A stretch of 64,000 bases of DNA from Octopus sinensis (lineage: Eukaryota), in contig NC_042999.1 of the NCBI RefSeq assembly GCF_006345805.1, positions 118,048,001 through 118,112,000 on the forward strand, in the 5' to 3' direction. Made by a program: the position numbers and the translations under genes. Positions 40,591-53,898 of the stretch are shown one piece after another (within the stretch, counting starts at the first letter, position 1; each line of letters starts with the position of its first letter). Below the pieces are notes generated by a model. It saw only the letters and a program-made list of their open reading frames with translations, did no database searches and had not been told where the DNA came from.

Positions 40591-41049
40591 ACATTTTCCG
40601 TCACAAGTGTTAACATAACATTTTATGTTTATATGTACGTTTTTGTGTTTAGTATCCATTTTTTAAAGACTGAAATATTGACAGCTTGATAAATCCTATT
40701 CTCTTCTAATCCACTCCATAGGAATACTCATCAATATTGATAATCTTAATCATAACCTGTTCTCACTTGAACTTTGAATGGTTTTAGTCTTTCAAAGCCT
40801 GTCTTGCACGGCTGTCAATTTCGTTTACGGTGGGCTTCCACGCAGCTCCCTTGACCAAATTCACTCATAATGCATGTTGTAGCAAAGCAGTATTTTTTTA
40901 ATGCAGATATACCTACGTCCATTGGTGGTGATGTTACTTTCCTTGGAAGCAGAGGTGATTTTAATAAATCGAGATTTGCACTCTTGTCTTCGAAATTTTC
41001 ACATTTATCTGCTGGCTCTTCACAATAAGCAGGACAATATCATCATACT

Positions 41050-41700
41050 CCAGAGAGTTTCTTGAATGGCACGATGGATGATCACCTCTACAAACACCGG
41101 ATTTCAGTTTTAATGAATGAGACATTGTTGAAATTAATAGTTGGTGCTATACTTACCGTTCCTGTCAATGTCACCATATTAATGCCAGAGATGCAGTACA
41201 TTCAAGTAAGACACTCAATTAAATGCAAGCATCAAAAATATTAAATATTAAGACTTGCTCTTAGGTGCGATAGATAGTCAAGGGCACGTTTTCTTAAAGT
41301 CAAACTCAATATCATTGCATAGTTATTTGACGGTGGTTGATATGTTTCATCAGTGAACTCAAATTTTACGAGGACTATCAGGTATTTCCATGAATTATAC
41401 TTCAAACCAGCCCTGAAAAGCCTTCAACGTTACTTAAAATGTTATCACAATATTTTACAGAAGTTTGTCTTAACGATTCTGAAAAAGTTACACGTCATCT
41501 CGGCAGAAAGGAATATGGTCTAAGCATACAGAAAACAAAGGTAGTGGCAAACCACCGTTTAGTGGAAACATATCAGTTAAATTATAAAAGAGAGTACTCG
41601 TTTGTGAAATGCGAAGTCAACTACTTGCTGGAATCCTGAACCGTCCGAATGATTAGCTTAAAAGATTGTGAAATGAGTTTGTCGTCTGCCGGCATTATTG
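41050..41700 (+). mobile_element. Decayed RTE-like RT relic
   Basis: YGLSIQKTKVV (cf. FGLxIxxxKTKV) and EVNYLLES (cf. FxYLGS). Confidence 0.5.
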
Positions 41701-42479
41701 GACAGCTAAGTTTCACTGACAGCAGCCATATCAACGCTTTGAATCACGTACTAAGTAGATTCTATGCCACAAAATTAGTTGCAAAATTAGATTGAGACTA
41801 TGTGGGAACTGAATTCTTCTTTTTTTTTTCTGTTTAGTTTATGTTGTCTCCAAGCTAACCCTGAAATACATTTTATAAGGAAACTTTTGCACAGATAATA
41901 AATTAATTCTCTAAGTTGCGAATGTGAAGTCATATTATGCTATAGGCTCCTGCAAGGCTTATAAAATACGATTCTCATTTTATTGGGAAAAAGTTTATGA
42001 GATATCCATAAATTCTCTATAAAAACCAGTCGACACATTTTAAAGGCAAATATCGTATATAAATCAGTTGACTGAGTAAATTATCTAACATGATTAATGT
42101 CAAATAAAATAGCTGTCTATATGAGCAGGTTCCTTGCATAAACACGGAAATAAAATCACTAATTGCTCTACTTGAGTTTTAATATATTCCGAGCTATATT
42201 GTTATTACATGCAGAGCAGCAAACTAGAAGAAGCGTTACCAGGTCAGAAAAAATATCGTTCTATTACGGTATTTTTCCGACCTTCTAACGATTCTTCTTG
42301 TTACGAATACATTACGGTTCTTTACATTTTGAATTCAAATCCCGCTGAGATCAACTCTGTCATCTATCTAACTATCTGTACTCATCAAATAGTGGGGTGG
42401 ATAATACTAACTAACCTCCTAACCACAAAACTGTTAACCTTGCACCTATATTAGTAGTTGGCTAATAATAATAGTGATT

Positions 42480-42750
42480 TAGAGGAGACGTATGAACGTT
42501 CAGCTTTTGCCGAACGACCAGCACAAATGATTTGTTTATAGTAATTAAATGTTCGTGCTGCACATCAGCTCACTCTTTGCATCAAACCAATATTGTCTGA
42601 ACAGGTGAACTGTATACCATGCGTCAGGTGTCGAAGTGATCGCAGAGCAAAGTGAGATGGAGTGTTTTGCTCAAGAACACAACGCACCATCCGATCTAGG
42701 AACTGAAATCACGATCGCTAGATCGGGAGAGCAGCATCCTAACCACTAAG
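42480..42750 (-). mobile_element. tRNA-derived SINE
   Basis: Reverse complement gives TGGCTTAGTGGTTAGG...GATTTCAGTTCC. Confidence 0.8.
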
Positions 42751-42789
42751 CCATTCTCCCTCACAACAACAACAATAATAATAATAATA

Positions 42790-44104
42790 ATGGCTGACCT
42801 GAATTGTTTGGGAAATCTGAAAAACAGATAGACTCCTTAACCAAAACAGTCCAGAAGTATAGTAGGGACATCTGTATGGAATTCGGGATTACTAAATGCT
42901 CAGTACTTGAAAGGAGGGAAGAAAGCATCCTGCAGAGGATTGCGGTTACCATCAGGAGAGACCATGGATAAACCCGACGGTAGTGGGTATAGATATTTAG
43001 GGAATTTGGATCTGCATAGCATTCTATACAGAGAAATGAAAATCAAGGTCAGCGAGGCGTATCAAAAAAGGGTGAAGATGGTGTTGAAATCCAACATGAA
43101 TGCCAAACATTTGATTACCGCAATGAATATCTGGGCTGTTGCGATGGCCAGGTATATTGCGTCCATCCTCAAATGGACTAAGAAGGAAATATCAGCACTG
43201 GATAGAAGGACGAGAAAGTTGATGACGCTGTATAGGGCGCTACACCTTAAAGCAAACGTAAACAGACTGTATATGAAAAGAAAGACTGGTGGCAGAGGAA
43301 TAACTAGTATAGACCATTGTATAAGGAGTGAAAGGAGACGCATGCCGAGAATTTGATAAATAGTATTGAAGACCTGCTGCAATGTGCCGCGAAAGATATG
43401 GGTGTAAAATGTAGATGAAATGATGGGCAAGGAAGAATTTAACCAAAGAGCTGAGGAGAAGAGAAAAGAAGACCTTCATGAAGTGAGAATGCATGAACAA
43501 TTTGAAAGGAATACACAGGACGTTAAAGATAATACAGCATCGTCAGCATGGCTTGAGCGAGATGATTTCGCTACCAATTCAGTGAAGTATAACATTTATA
43601 AAACTTCTGACACCCAGAAATGCAAACTCTGTAGAAAGAGTGGGGAAAATATGATCCACTTGGTAAGTGGTTGTGAAAGCCTTGCAAAAAAGAATACAAG
43701 CGCCGCTATGATGAAATGTGTGTGTATATACATTGGCTCTTTTGCCATAAATACCAATATAAGTAAGAGAGACAAATTCTGTCAGATCATTGATGTAGCC
43801 ATACCAAATGACATGAATGTTGTGAGTAAAGAGGTTGAAAATATCACCAAGTACTCCAAATTGAAAGTGAAAATGGCAAGTCTGTGTGGAATGCAAGAGG
43901 GTAATGTAAAAGTGATTCCAGTTGGGCTAAATCCCTTTGAAACTTCAAAACTTCTTAAAGCAACGGAAGATTGATGTCTTGCAAAAAGCAGTCTTATTGG
44001 GCACAGCTCACATCTTAAGAAAAGTATTATCTTTTGAGGTTCATGTTTTGACTTGACAGATGACTAAAGACTTCGGTGTATTTTCACCTACACTGTGTTA
44101 CGAA
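42790..44104 (+). mobile_element. R4/Dong-clade LINE, 5'-truncated, in an (AAC)/(AAT)n tract
   Basis: Starts at the MADL-LFGKSEKQID catalytic region; YRYLG; RLYMKRKTGGRG; CCHC knuckle KCKLCRK...HLVSGC; RLE IIDVAIPND..KEVENITKY; terminal LLGTAHILRKVL. (AAT)n on both sides. Confidence 0.9.
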
Positions 44105-44184
44105 GTAATAATAATAATAATAGTAATAATAATACTAATAATAATAACAACAACAACAACAACAACAACAATGATAATAATCCT

Positions 44185-44390
44185 TTCTAATATAGGCACG
44201 AAGCCTGGATCTTGTAGGCAGGGGGACAGCCGATTACACCGACCCCAGAACTCGACTGGTACTTAATTTTTCGACCTCGAAAGGTTGAAAGGTAAACATG
44301 ACCCCGGCGGAATTTAAACTCAGAACATAGCGACGGGTGAAATACCGTCAAGCATTTTGTCCGGCATACTAACGATTCTGCCAGCCCACC
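44185..44390 (-). mobile_element. SINE
   Basis: CGATTACACCGACCCCAG...CTCAGAAC, same family as 30330. Confidence 0.8.
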
Positions 44391-44433
44391 AATAATAATA
44401 ACAACAACAACAACAACAACAATAATAATAATA

Positions 44434-45235
44434 AAGGGTTTACACAATCAATTCTATGTAGCCACAACAGAAGTTGCTCGAAAAAATAGGTGGGATTGGC
44501 TGATGAAAGGAATCCTAAAAAGAGAGATCGAAAGCACTATACTGGCAGCGCAGGACCAAGTTCTGGCCACGAACCGGAGGGTCAACTTGAGGAATGAGCA
44601 AGTGTCTCCACCGTGCCGTATCTGCAGTAGAGTGGATGAAACTAGTGCCCATATCACGAACCAATGCTCTAGACATGCCCCAAACCATTACAAGTTGTGG
44701 CGACATGAAAGGGCTACATGGAATACTGTGCGAAAAGTGAGGGCTAGAGAGAAGCAGGACGTGGTATTAACACAAACCGCAGAGAGTGGCAGAGTCGGAG
44801 ACTAGCAAAACCCTCTGGGAATTCCCTATCCGAACACATCAGGTGCTAGAGCATAACAGACCGGATCTTGTGGTGGTGGACAAGGTGCACCACATATGCT
44901 ATATAGCTGACGTTGCCTGCCCCTTTGACCTACGAATAGTCAAGAAGGAAGATGAAAAGATAGATAACACACCAGTACGAAATAGCCCGCCTATGGAAAA
45001 TGAAGAAGGAGAAGATAGAGCCAATTATTGTTGGGTCCTTGGGAACAGTATCAGAAGGCATCAAGAGAAATATTAAAACTGTTACAAAAGATTTGCCTCT
45101 TTGGCACGGCCAGAATAATCAGGAAAGTACTAGATAGCTGAAAAGAACGAATAGAACGGTGCTGTAGGCTGCAGGTAGTAAGCCCGATACGCATCAAAGA
45201 CTCCAGTAGTTCCAACAAAATCAGTAATAAAGAGA
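44434..45235 (+). mobile_element. R4/Dong-clade LINE 3' fragment (different subfamily)
   Basis: WLMKGILKREIESTILAAQDQVLATN; CRICS...HITNQC; HNRPDLVVVDK..CYIADVACPFD. The 5' junction is in (AAC)n(AAT)n. Confidence 0.88.
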
Positions 45236-45249
45236 AAATAATGTTTTCT

Positions 45250-45440
45250 CATTTAGGCACAAGACCAGAAATTTTGAGGGGAAGGTTATGTCGATTACAT
45301 TGATCCTAGCATTTAACTGACACCTTACTTATCGACCTCAAACGGATGAAAGGCAAATTTGACTTCGGTGTGATTTGAAATCAGAACGTAAAGAACTGCT
45401 AAACATTTTTGTCCGACGTGCTACCGGCTTTGCCAGCATG
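45250..45440 (-). mobile_element. SINE
   Basis: Same family as 44185. Confidence 0.75.
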
Positions 45441-45634
45441 CCAACTTTGCATATTTAATAATAATTAGTACCTGGTAATAAATCTGATGGACAGTGCATG
45501 ACTAGCACTTATTATTCCAAATTAAATGCTCTACAGCATGTAGGAAGGTATCCTCCTCTTCTGATAATTTACTGTTTAATCAAAATAATAATGCATTACG
45601 GAGTTGTTGCATTTTGCGAAAGGGATTATACTCG

Positions 45635-46029
45635 ACTAGCAGTATCGCCCGGCGTTGCTCGGGTTGTAAGGGAAATAACTATATAAGCATTTTTAGAGAG
45701 TTATAGCCAAAAAATAGCAAAAAAAATGCATTAAAAATTGAAAAAAATTAAAGTAAATTTTTTTTAAATCGTTGACACATCGTAGATATTTTTAGAGAGT
45801 TACTTCCCTTATATAAAAGCGAAAAAAATGCATTAAAATGGAAAAATATGATGGTAAATTTTTTTAAATTGTAGACTCATCGTAGACGCGCGCTAATACC
45901 CAGAAGGGCTCGATATGAATCACGACTATAAGATACCCGCTTTTGGTTAAACTGCACCGCAAAATGTGGGAGTAATTACGAATGAAAATCGAAGGGGACA
46001 GACACACAACTTCACTCTTATATAAAGAT
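45635..46029 (+). mobile_element. Helitron/Helentron-associated non-autonomous element (DINE-1/HINE-like)
   Basis: 5' ACTAGCAGTATCGCCCGGCGTTGCTCGGG short inverted motif, internal AT-rich duplications, and a 3' end TTATATAAAGAT. Confidence 0.65.
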
Positions 46030-46807
46030 GCTTTTTTTTTCAGTCATAGAGTTAGATTTATGAAGGTCTTCAGTAGAAAATCCTTCGAATTCTGACTCGC
46101 TGCTTGATATAATGAAATTCGTATCCATTTTTTGTCAGAATTACAAATTTTGAAAACACAATAGGAACAAATTTCGGAAAAAAATCTCCCATAATTCACG
46201 GAATTAAAATTACACTTCGATTTTTGTACAAAACTGTATTTGAAGTGTTTACGAAGTATAATACGTGTTTTCACGAATGTACTAAAGAGATTTACTCTGA
46301 TATTCTCATTTAAATATGAATAGGTAAATTCGGGCGGTTTGGTAACGAAAGGGTTTATATAAGTGTCGTCTGTTTATACATAAACACTGTTTCATAGTTT
46401 CAGTTTAGTCTTCCTCAAATCACTGTCGCTAATTTACTCTCTTCCAAGAACATTTTCACTCACTGTTATCTGTTAGCTTCCCATACATTTTACTCATGTA
46501 TCTATCAGCGTGATAGACAGAAACAAATATTACATTTACTTTCATTTTATTCGTTGCCCACTGTGTGTGTGCGTTTGCGTGTGGTGTAAACCAGACTAAG
46601 AAAAGCATTTGACACACACACCAGAATGTGAGTTTTCTGTAAATTTTGCTTAATTGGAGTTTAAATTTTAAAAACTGGACCTGGCATGACGCGATGCATT
46701 GTACTCTTAAAACTGCTAGGTAAATTGTAATTGAAGAAATCCTATATTGTAGATTTGTATAACTCCCAAAGGGAGGCAGATAAAATCTGCCTTTTATAAT
46801 AAGAGAT
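46030..46807 (+). mobile_element. Second HINE-like element
   Basis: 3' stem-loop GGCAGATAAAATCTGCC followed by TTTTATAATAAGAGAT. Confidence 0.5.
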
Positions 46808-47055
46808 TAAGTTAACTCCAGTACTTGATTTATAGGGCTGATGATTCATAGAATCATTTATATTGGACTGATGCTTTGCAACATTTTTTCGGCTTTTGAG
46901 TTCTCCATCCAAATACCGTCAAGATCAGACTTGCCTTTTGTTTTAAGATCATCTAGCTAAAGCACCTATCAAGTACTGAGATCCACTATTCTCTTTCTCA
47001 CCCTGTCTCCGGTGCCAGAATACAGTCACTATCACTGTGGTGGTGGTGGTGGTGG

Positions 47056-47125
<70 letters not shown>

Positions 47126-47450
47126 GGTGGTGGTGGTGGTGGCTTGATCGGTATTTACATAGTCGAATGCAAATTTGACCACTGAGTTACCTGAACTGAA
47201 AGCGTAAAATAATGAAACTAAATGCCTCAAATTAGTGCTGTCTCTACCCCGTGCTCATCAGTAGACATATCATGGTGATCTAGAAGATCACTTAACAACA
47301 CGTGATTTCGAATTCGATCCCACTATATAGTATTTTGACAAGTGTCTTCTACTGTAATTTCGAGTTGAGCAATAATGTGTAAGTGTAATTTGGTAAACAG
47401 AAATTATACAGGAACCCATCATCTGTTTCTTTCATCCCCTCTTCCTTCCT

Positions 47451-47487
<37 letters not shown>

Positions 47488-47513
47488 TTGTATCTATCTA
47501 TCGAGAGAGAAAA

Positions 47514-47592
47514 ACGCTTAAATGTACTTTAACGCCAGGTATATGACGGTGACTTTATAGACACCTGAACAGTTTATTGAAAAGAAAAACAG
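47514..47592 (+). repeat. 79 bp dispersed direct repeat, copy 1
   Basis: Matches 52452-52530 with 3 mismatches. Confidence 0.9.
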
Positions 47593-48179
47593 TGAGAAAG
47601 TGAGATCGCGTACACGTGCATGTTTGTTTGATGGTGTTCTATCAAAAAAGCCTCAAACAAAAAGCCTTAAACAAGAATACCCAGAGAGATAGAGAGAAAT
47701 AAATAAATAATGGGTTTGATTAGATCGCCTAAAACTGAACCGTGGTCTTCTGGATGCTGCAATCTAGTAACTCTACACAAAAACAGAATAAAACTCGGGA
47801 ACTACTTGGTCAAAGTAGTGAATTCTGGCATAGACATAAGGGCAAGTATGTTAGTTGAGAAGACAATAGTCGAATGAACAATGATACCTATTTTATCGAT
47901 TTTCCGAAGGATAAAAGGCAACGTCAACCACGAAACGATTTAAACTTAGTATGTGATGGGAGCTAAGATGATATACTTTGGAGATCTATTTATCTTGCCC
48001 CCTCCTGATCTTGACACTCCACTGCTCACGCAGCATGAATAGCTTATTAATGTGAGAAGTAACAACAAAACATATAACTCGCTTGGTGCTTTCTGCATCA
48101 ATACTGAGTGCTTCATGTTGTTCTTGCCTCTTTCGGTGGTAAGGTTCACCAATCGGAAATTATTGAAAACCTCCGAGTT

Positions 48180-48765
48180 GGCTTTAAAATATTGTCTATC
48201 TATGACTTTCTAAATTATATGTCTGTGTATGCGATTTTTACAGTTGGATATGTAGCCTTCGAATTAGCTTTCTCCGTTCTGGTTTTGAGAAGTCTAATTT
48301 TTCAAGATTGGTATTTAGGCAGTGTGTTACATATCCCAGGGCCTCAATAATTACAGGTATAAACCTGAACTTGTAATCTGGATAGAGTAACTGTAGATTT
48401 CTCAATAGTTCAGCATAGGTGTTCTCATTTTCACTGATTTTCAGCTTTATGTTAACATCCGCTGGGCAGCTAATTTCTGCAACTGTGCACAGTTTCTCTT
48501 CTCTATCCCAAATCAATATATCAGGCCTGTTGTGCTTACATATTATTGAGGTCTTTACTGGTACATTCCACCAATACTCCTTTTCATTACGAGTGGCTAT
48601 GGCTTTACGTATGTATGTATGTTTTTGTATGTATTTTCATGCATATAGTTGCATATCTAGACATGCTCATATATATATCTAAATGATAAACTTCTGGAAA
48701 GTTTTACAGATTTTTACAGTTCCAATGATGAAATGGATCTGTAGTCTTCGAATTAATGTATGTAT
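48180..48765 (-). mobile_element. Two tandem 3' fragments of an R4-clade LINE separated by (CATA)n
   Basis: EYWWNVPV..KHNRPDILIWDREEKLCTVAEISCPAD..IPVIIEALG RLE domain at about 48238-48606. A second terminal fragment RRLQIHFIIGTVKICKTFQKFII* lies at about 48680-48760. Confidence 0.82.
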
Positions 48766-49059
48766 GTATATATATATATCCTGGATTTTGATCGTTCTAA
48801 ACAGACATGTTTTTGTGATCTTTATTTAGATCAGACCGCAATACATTTTCATTGTTTTCATTGTATGCCTTTGTCTTCATCCTTTCAATATGAAATAGAA
48901 TGAATCAGCCACAAATCTGGCCTTGTGTCAAAACTGATCTTTTCTTTTCAGTTGTCAAACGCCACCTTCATATTTTATTTTCTCCTCCACCTCCTCATCT
49001 CCCCTCCTCCTCGTCCTCTTCCTTGTCGTTCTTCTCTTCTTTATTGTTATTGTTGTTAA

Positions 49060-49470
49060 GGCGGCGAGCTAGCCAAATCGTTAGCACACCGATTAAGATG
49101 CTTAAAGGCACTTCGTCCATGTTTACGTTCTGAGTTCAAACTTTATACCGAGGTCCGCTCTGCTTTCAATTTTTTTTTTTTTTTTTTTTTGGAAGGGGGG
49201 GTCCATGAAATAAGCGCCAGTGATGCAATTGGGTGGTTGTAATCGACTAACCTCTCTCCCAAAATATCAGGCCTTGTGCCTACAGAAGAAAGGCTTCTTC
49301 TTCTTCTTCTTCTTGCTTTTGTTATTGTCGAAAAGGCGGTAAGTTGACCGAATCGTAAGCGCGCCAGATTAAATGCTTCGTGGCATTTCATCCACTTTTA
49401 CTTTCTGATTTCTAATTCCGCTGTGGTCGACTTTGCCTTCAAACATTTCGGGGTCGATGGACTATTAATA
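49060..49470 (+). mobile_element. Two SINE copies
   Basis: GGCGGCGAGCTAGCCAAATCGTTAGC head at about 49060, and a second head at about 49335. Confidence 0.8.
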
Positions 49471-49602
49471 AATACCAATCACACATTTGGGCCGAGGTAA
49501 TAAACTTTATCCTGCCAGCAAATTGCCAGCCTTGAGCTTATTACATAAAAAAAATTATTATTATGGCTACTGCTGCTGCTGCTGCTGCTGCTACTACTAC
49601 TG

Positions 49603-49654
<52 letters not shown>

Positions 49655-51517
49655 CACTACGACTACTGTTTTTTTTTTCTTGCGCGTGATAAGTATAGTT
49701 CCACACGAAATATTTCTTCCAGAATTACTCGATGACCATTTCACTTAACTTTTTTTTCTTGTCGGGAACGGTATTCTTACTTATACCAACAGTATGGTTC
49801 GAGATACCTAGACTATTACTCCATTGCTCTGGAATAAAAAATAATCCGTCTTTAGATATGCATCATTCCTGTAAACAGCCATGTTGCTTTATTTATTAGT
49901 GATTCAGTATAGTCACGACTACATGATGTCGACAAAGATAACTGCTTATAGACCCTTAGACATTGTCGGAAAGCACTAAAGGTAAATGGAGAAATATAAG
50001 TAAAATCTGACGCAATTACAAACACAGACAGCGACAATTCGACAAATACAAAAGAATAAGCAGTAAAACGACTGCTTAAATGACAATAACAAAAGCACCC
50101 CTACAAGGAAATGATCTTTTGCTAACTGAAAAGGAATATGACATATCAGTTAACTTTAACGAGAGTCAAAGGCGTGGAGAAAGTATGTTACAAAAACCCC
50201 TACCTCTATACCTTAGTAATTTACCCAGAAAAAGGCAAAGGAAAGTGATATATTTATGATTTTAAAAAAATACGGGGCTTCTATACACTCTCGAAAAAGG
50301 TGCTGGGAGAAACCTTGGGTGATATATGCAAGATGAGTGCTCCATCGACACTACAGTCATATGACAGGATGCATTGACTGAGATCCTTGGTTTATTATTC
50401 TCTTTGACGCACAGTACAAAAATATGGTAAGAGCGGTAGTAGTGACACGTGATCGAGCGGGATCTGGTTGGATATTTAACTCCTGATAACACCCAGAGAC
50501 AACACATTGAAAAGTGGTTAAAAGATCTAATTTTCAAATTTTGTCCCATGTGTGGAATAAATAAGAACTAATTGGAGGTCTTTAACCCAAGTTTGTAAAA
50601 AGAAAAAAAGGGTATAGTGGCAAGCGAGCAAAGACAGTATGATAATAACAGTAATATCTGAGCTGAAAACAATGCTTGTTGGTGCTACTGCTGCTGTTAC
50701 TAGAGTTTTACTTCTCACATTCCCAAGAATAAGTCCAGCCAAAGAAGAGGGGAGTAAAGTCGTTTAATCATTTTATAACAGTAGAAAGAAAATAGAGATT
50801 AGATACAAATGAGAGAACACGGTATTCCTCAACAGAAAGACAGAAAAAGGAGAGGACACTGATTAAAAGCAAGTAAGGATCTCTTAGACTCTCGTGAAAG
50901 AAAATCCATTATTTCTGGGAGATAGCCTGAATATTACGGTCGTCCAAATTAGTTAGGGTAAAGTGATGGACTAGATGAAGGATCTGACGGGAGCGAAAAT
51001 AATTCTGCACTGATTCAAGTGGAGATATGAGTTGATTATATTAAACATATAACTAATAGACAGTTGGTAAGGACTCTGCTGCCTACCTATAACATACAGT
51101 AAATGGATCAGTCGCCATGACTTTGTGGGTTCACTCAAACTCGAAGGTGATCACTAGAAATATCGCAGGACTCAGGTTACTGAGGGCGACTAGAGCACAA
51201 GATTGTCTGTACATTTAAACCATGTTTTAATATATTGTATTACATACTACCATAAATTTTCTATATATATATTACCATGCTTTGTACCCCATTTTATATG
51301 ACACGTCCATGTATGGAGGTTTTTAGTCAATAATGAAAACATTATTATTATTGTTGTTATTTATTGTTGTTAATTCCCGTCCTGCTGTAGCTTTGTCTTT
51401 GTAATGGCGACTAGCTTTTATTCCATTGTTTTAACCATCAAATCAATATTTTATGTATGCCTTGTCCATTGGCTCTAAACTGCTATAGCATCTCTAGAGG
51501 ATTTAATATCTACACAT

Positions 51518-51830
51518 CTAATAGGCCAATAGAATTTCTTCTACAATATAGAAAACTTGATTTGATTGAACGTGATCAAATATATCAAAGTTTGCTTGTG
51601 AATGAAATTGAAGATAAGCAGATATTAAAATAGAATCACCATAAAAATTGGTTTGTATAGTACCAGGAGCAACAGAGCAAGGGACCGCTCTGTTTATCAA
51701 TATGTTTGGAGGAAATGGCAGTTTCTTTGCCTTTACAGGCTCTCCTGAGTTTATGATATCGATCCGATGAGGCTGATCTTCAATTTCAATTATGTCTATA
51801 AGAAAAAGTAAAGGGAAAAATTGCAAGGAC
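51518..51830 (-). mobile_element. Ty3/Gypsy RT N-terminal relic
   Basis: HRIDIINSGEPVKAKKLPFP and IFDHVQSNQVFYIVEEILLAY fit the start of a Gypsy RT. Confidence 0.6.
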
Positions 51831-52189
51831 AGTAATTTCCGGAGAGTCAGAATTTGGTGAAGAAAAAGCTATGAAAAATGTCTATTATGACAGGTTAAAG
51901 CAAAGTAGATGTAACAACAAAAATAGAAGGTGCATTGGGCGTGTTGAGGGTGAGTTGTAATACAACGTATAATTGCAAAAGGGCTGAGTCAGTGTAGTTG
52001 TGACTGAGGCGTCAGAAAAAGAAATGGAGTGGCTGCTAGTCAGAAATTATTGTGTTTTTCAATAGTGTGTATTTGATATCTAGGTCGGATGTTGTGTATA
52101 CGATTAATATTCTGCTGTTCGTCGCACTTGGGAGTTGAAGAGGATCAGAAACTGAAGCCCCTTTTGAGTCATTTCTGTGTTCACTCTTC

Positions 52190-52236
<47 letters not shown>

Positions 52237-52451
52237 TTACATATGTACATACATGCACGCACACGCACATGTGTGTATATATATATATATATATATTACA
52301 CACATACGTGCGTTATTATTGTCAAACGAATGAGAGGAGTGCTCAGTATAGATTGTAGACGATTAATAAAAAAAATGCCGTTAGTTAGTTTTCTTTAAAG
52401 ACTGATTCGGTCTACATTACCTGCTGCATGTTCTTCAAATTTGATCTGGAG

Positions 52452-52530
52452 ACGCTTAAATGTACTTTAACGTCAGGTATATGACGGTGACTTTATAGAC
52501 ACCTGAACAGTATATTGAAAAGGAAAACAG
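52452..52530 (+). repeat. 79 bp dispersed direct repeat, copy 2
   Basis: Matches 47514-47592. Confidence 0.9.
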
Positions 52531-53149
52531 ATGAAATTAGAAAATGGAGAGGAATTTTAAATGTTGAAGTTGCTCTTAGTTACAAGAACTAAATTAAACT
52601 TGCGCTAATTGCTTTAAAAATCCATATTTTCCTCATCTGCTGAATAGGTGATCGATAAAAGCTATCCAGAAATACGAATTTGAGAATCAGAAAAGGAGTT
52701 TGTGGTGATTTTTTGGGTATTTTTTCGTATTTGGCATTTTTTAACTATCTAATTTTGGTATTCGAAACGCAGTATCACCCAAAAGAATTTTGTTAAAGAG
52801 ATTTTAATATAACGGACTTGACTCCGTAATTCAGCGTCTTGAAAGATTAAAGCACATTTAAAAGATGGTAATATGTTTAAAATCTTGATTAAACAAAAAT
52901 GATTTACTTTTGAATTTGATGAATTACAGAAAATTGGAAAAAAAAAGAAAAACATTACAGTCCAGGATTTGCGAAGGGGTGAATTTTTAAAATTAACCAA
53001 AATGTTTGGTGTTGATGAAACTCATTTAGAAATACAAGTGCTTAAGATTTTTAAAGTAAACACTCATTAAATATACAGAGACAGGATATTTGTGATGAAC
53101 AAATGAAAATCTGCATTGCCATTTTGTATGTTCCCTTTTTTCTATTATT

Positions 53150-53545
53150 CTTTGACTTGTGTCAGTCATTTGACTGCGGCAATGCTGGAGCACCGTCTTT
53201 AGGAGAACAAATCGACCCCAGGACTTATTCTTTGTAAACCTATATTCTATCAGGCTCTTTTCCGAATCGCTAAGTTACGGGGACGTAAATACACTAACAT
53301 CGGTTGTCGAGCGATGGTTGGGGGGGACAAACACAGACATACAAATACATACATGCATATGTATATATATATACGACGGGCTCCTTTCAGTTTCCAAATC
53401 CAATTTTAGTTCCAGTTACCAAATCCACTGACAAGGCTTTGGTCGGCTCGAGGATATAGTAGAAGACACTTACCCAAGTGGGACTGAATCTGAAACCATG
53501 TGGTTGGGAAGCAAACTGCTTATCACACAGCCACTCCTGCGCCTA
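53150..53545 (-). mobile_element. Bipartite SINE
   Basis: Reverse complement of the 11075 family. Confidence 0.88.
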
Positions 53546-53843
53546 TACTATGAAAAATTTGATGAAATAAAATCTATACAGCCAGGATATCATAAAGTGC
53601 TTACAACTCAAACCATTACCTCAAACTGCATCAAACCTAGATACTTTTAGCGGAATCCTCTTTGTTGCAAGCATTCATGTTAGGTCTCTGACCGGAGAAA
53701 TAACTCCCTCTCTTCTTGTTTAAACATCTGTACCTGCGTTCTGGCGAGAGATTTGCAATGAAAATGTATTGACGAGTGCATTATGAGTGCATTATCTTTG
53801 AAATATACAACTAAAAACTAAGATCCACAGAAGAAATTGAAGA

Positions 53844-53898
53844 CACGTGATTGGCGACACACATAAACCAGCGTAGCTCAAGATTAGCACTGACGTCA
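53844..53898. promoter_or_regulatory. Candidate motif cluster: E-box fused to an inverted CCAAT, plus a CRE
   Basis: CACGTG (53844-53849), ATTGG (53850-53854) and TGACGTCA (53891-53898). Motif match only. Confidence 0.3.

Noticed and set aside
48715-48755. ATGATGA...CGAA motif
   Set aside because: It is the antisense of the R4 LINE C-terminal coding sequence.
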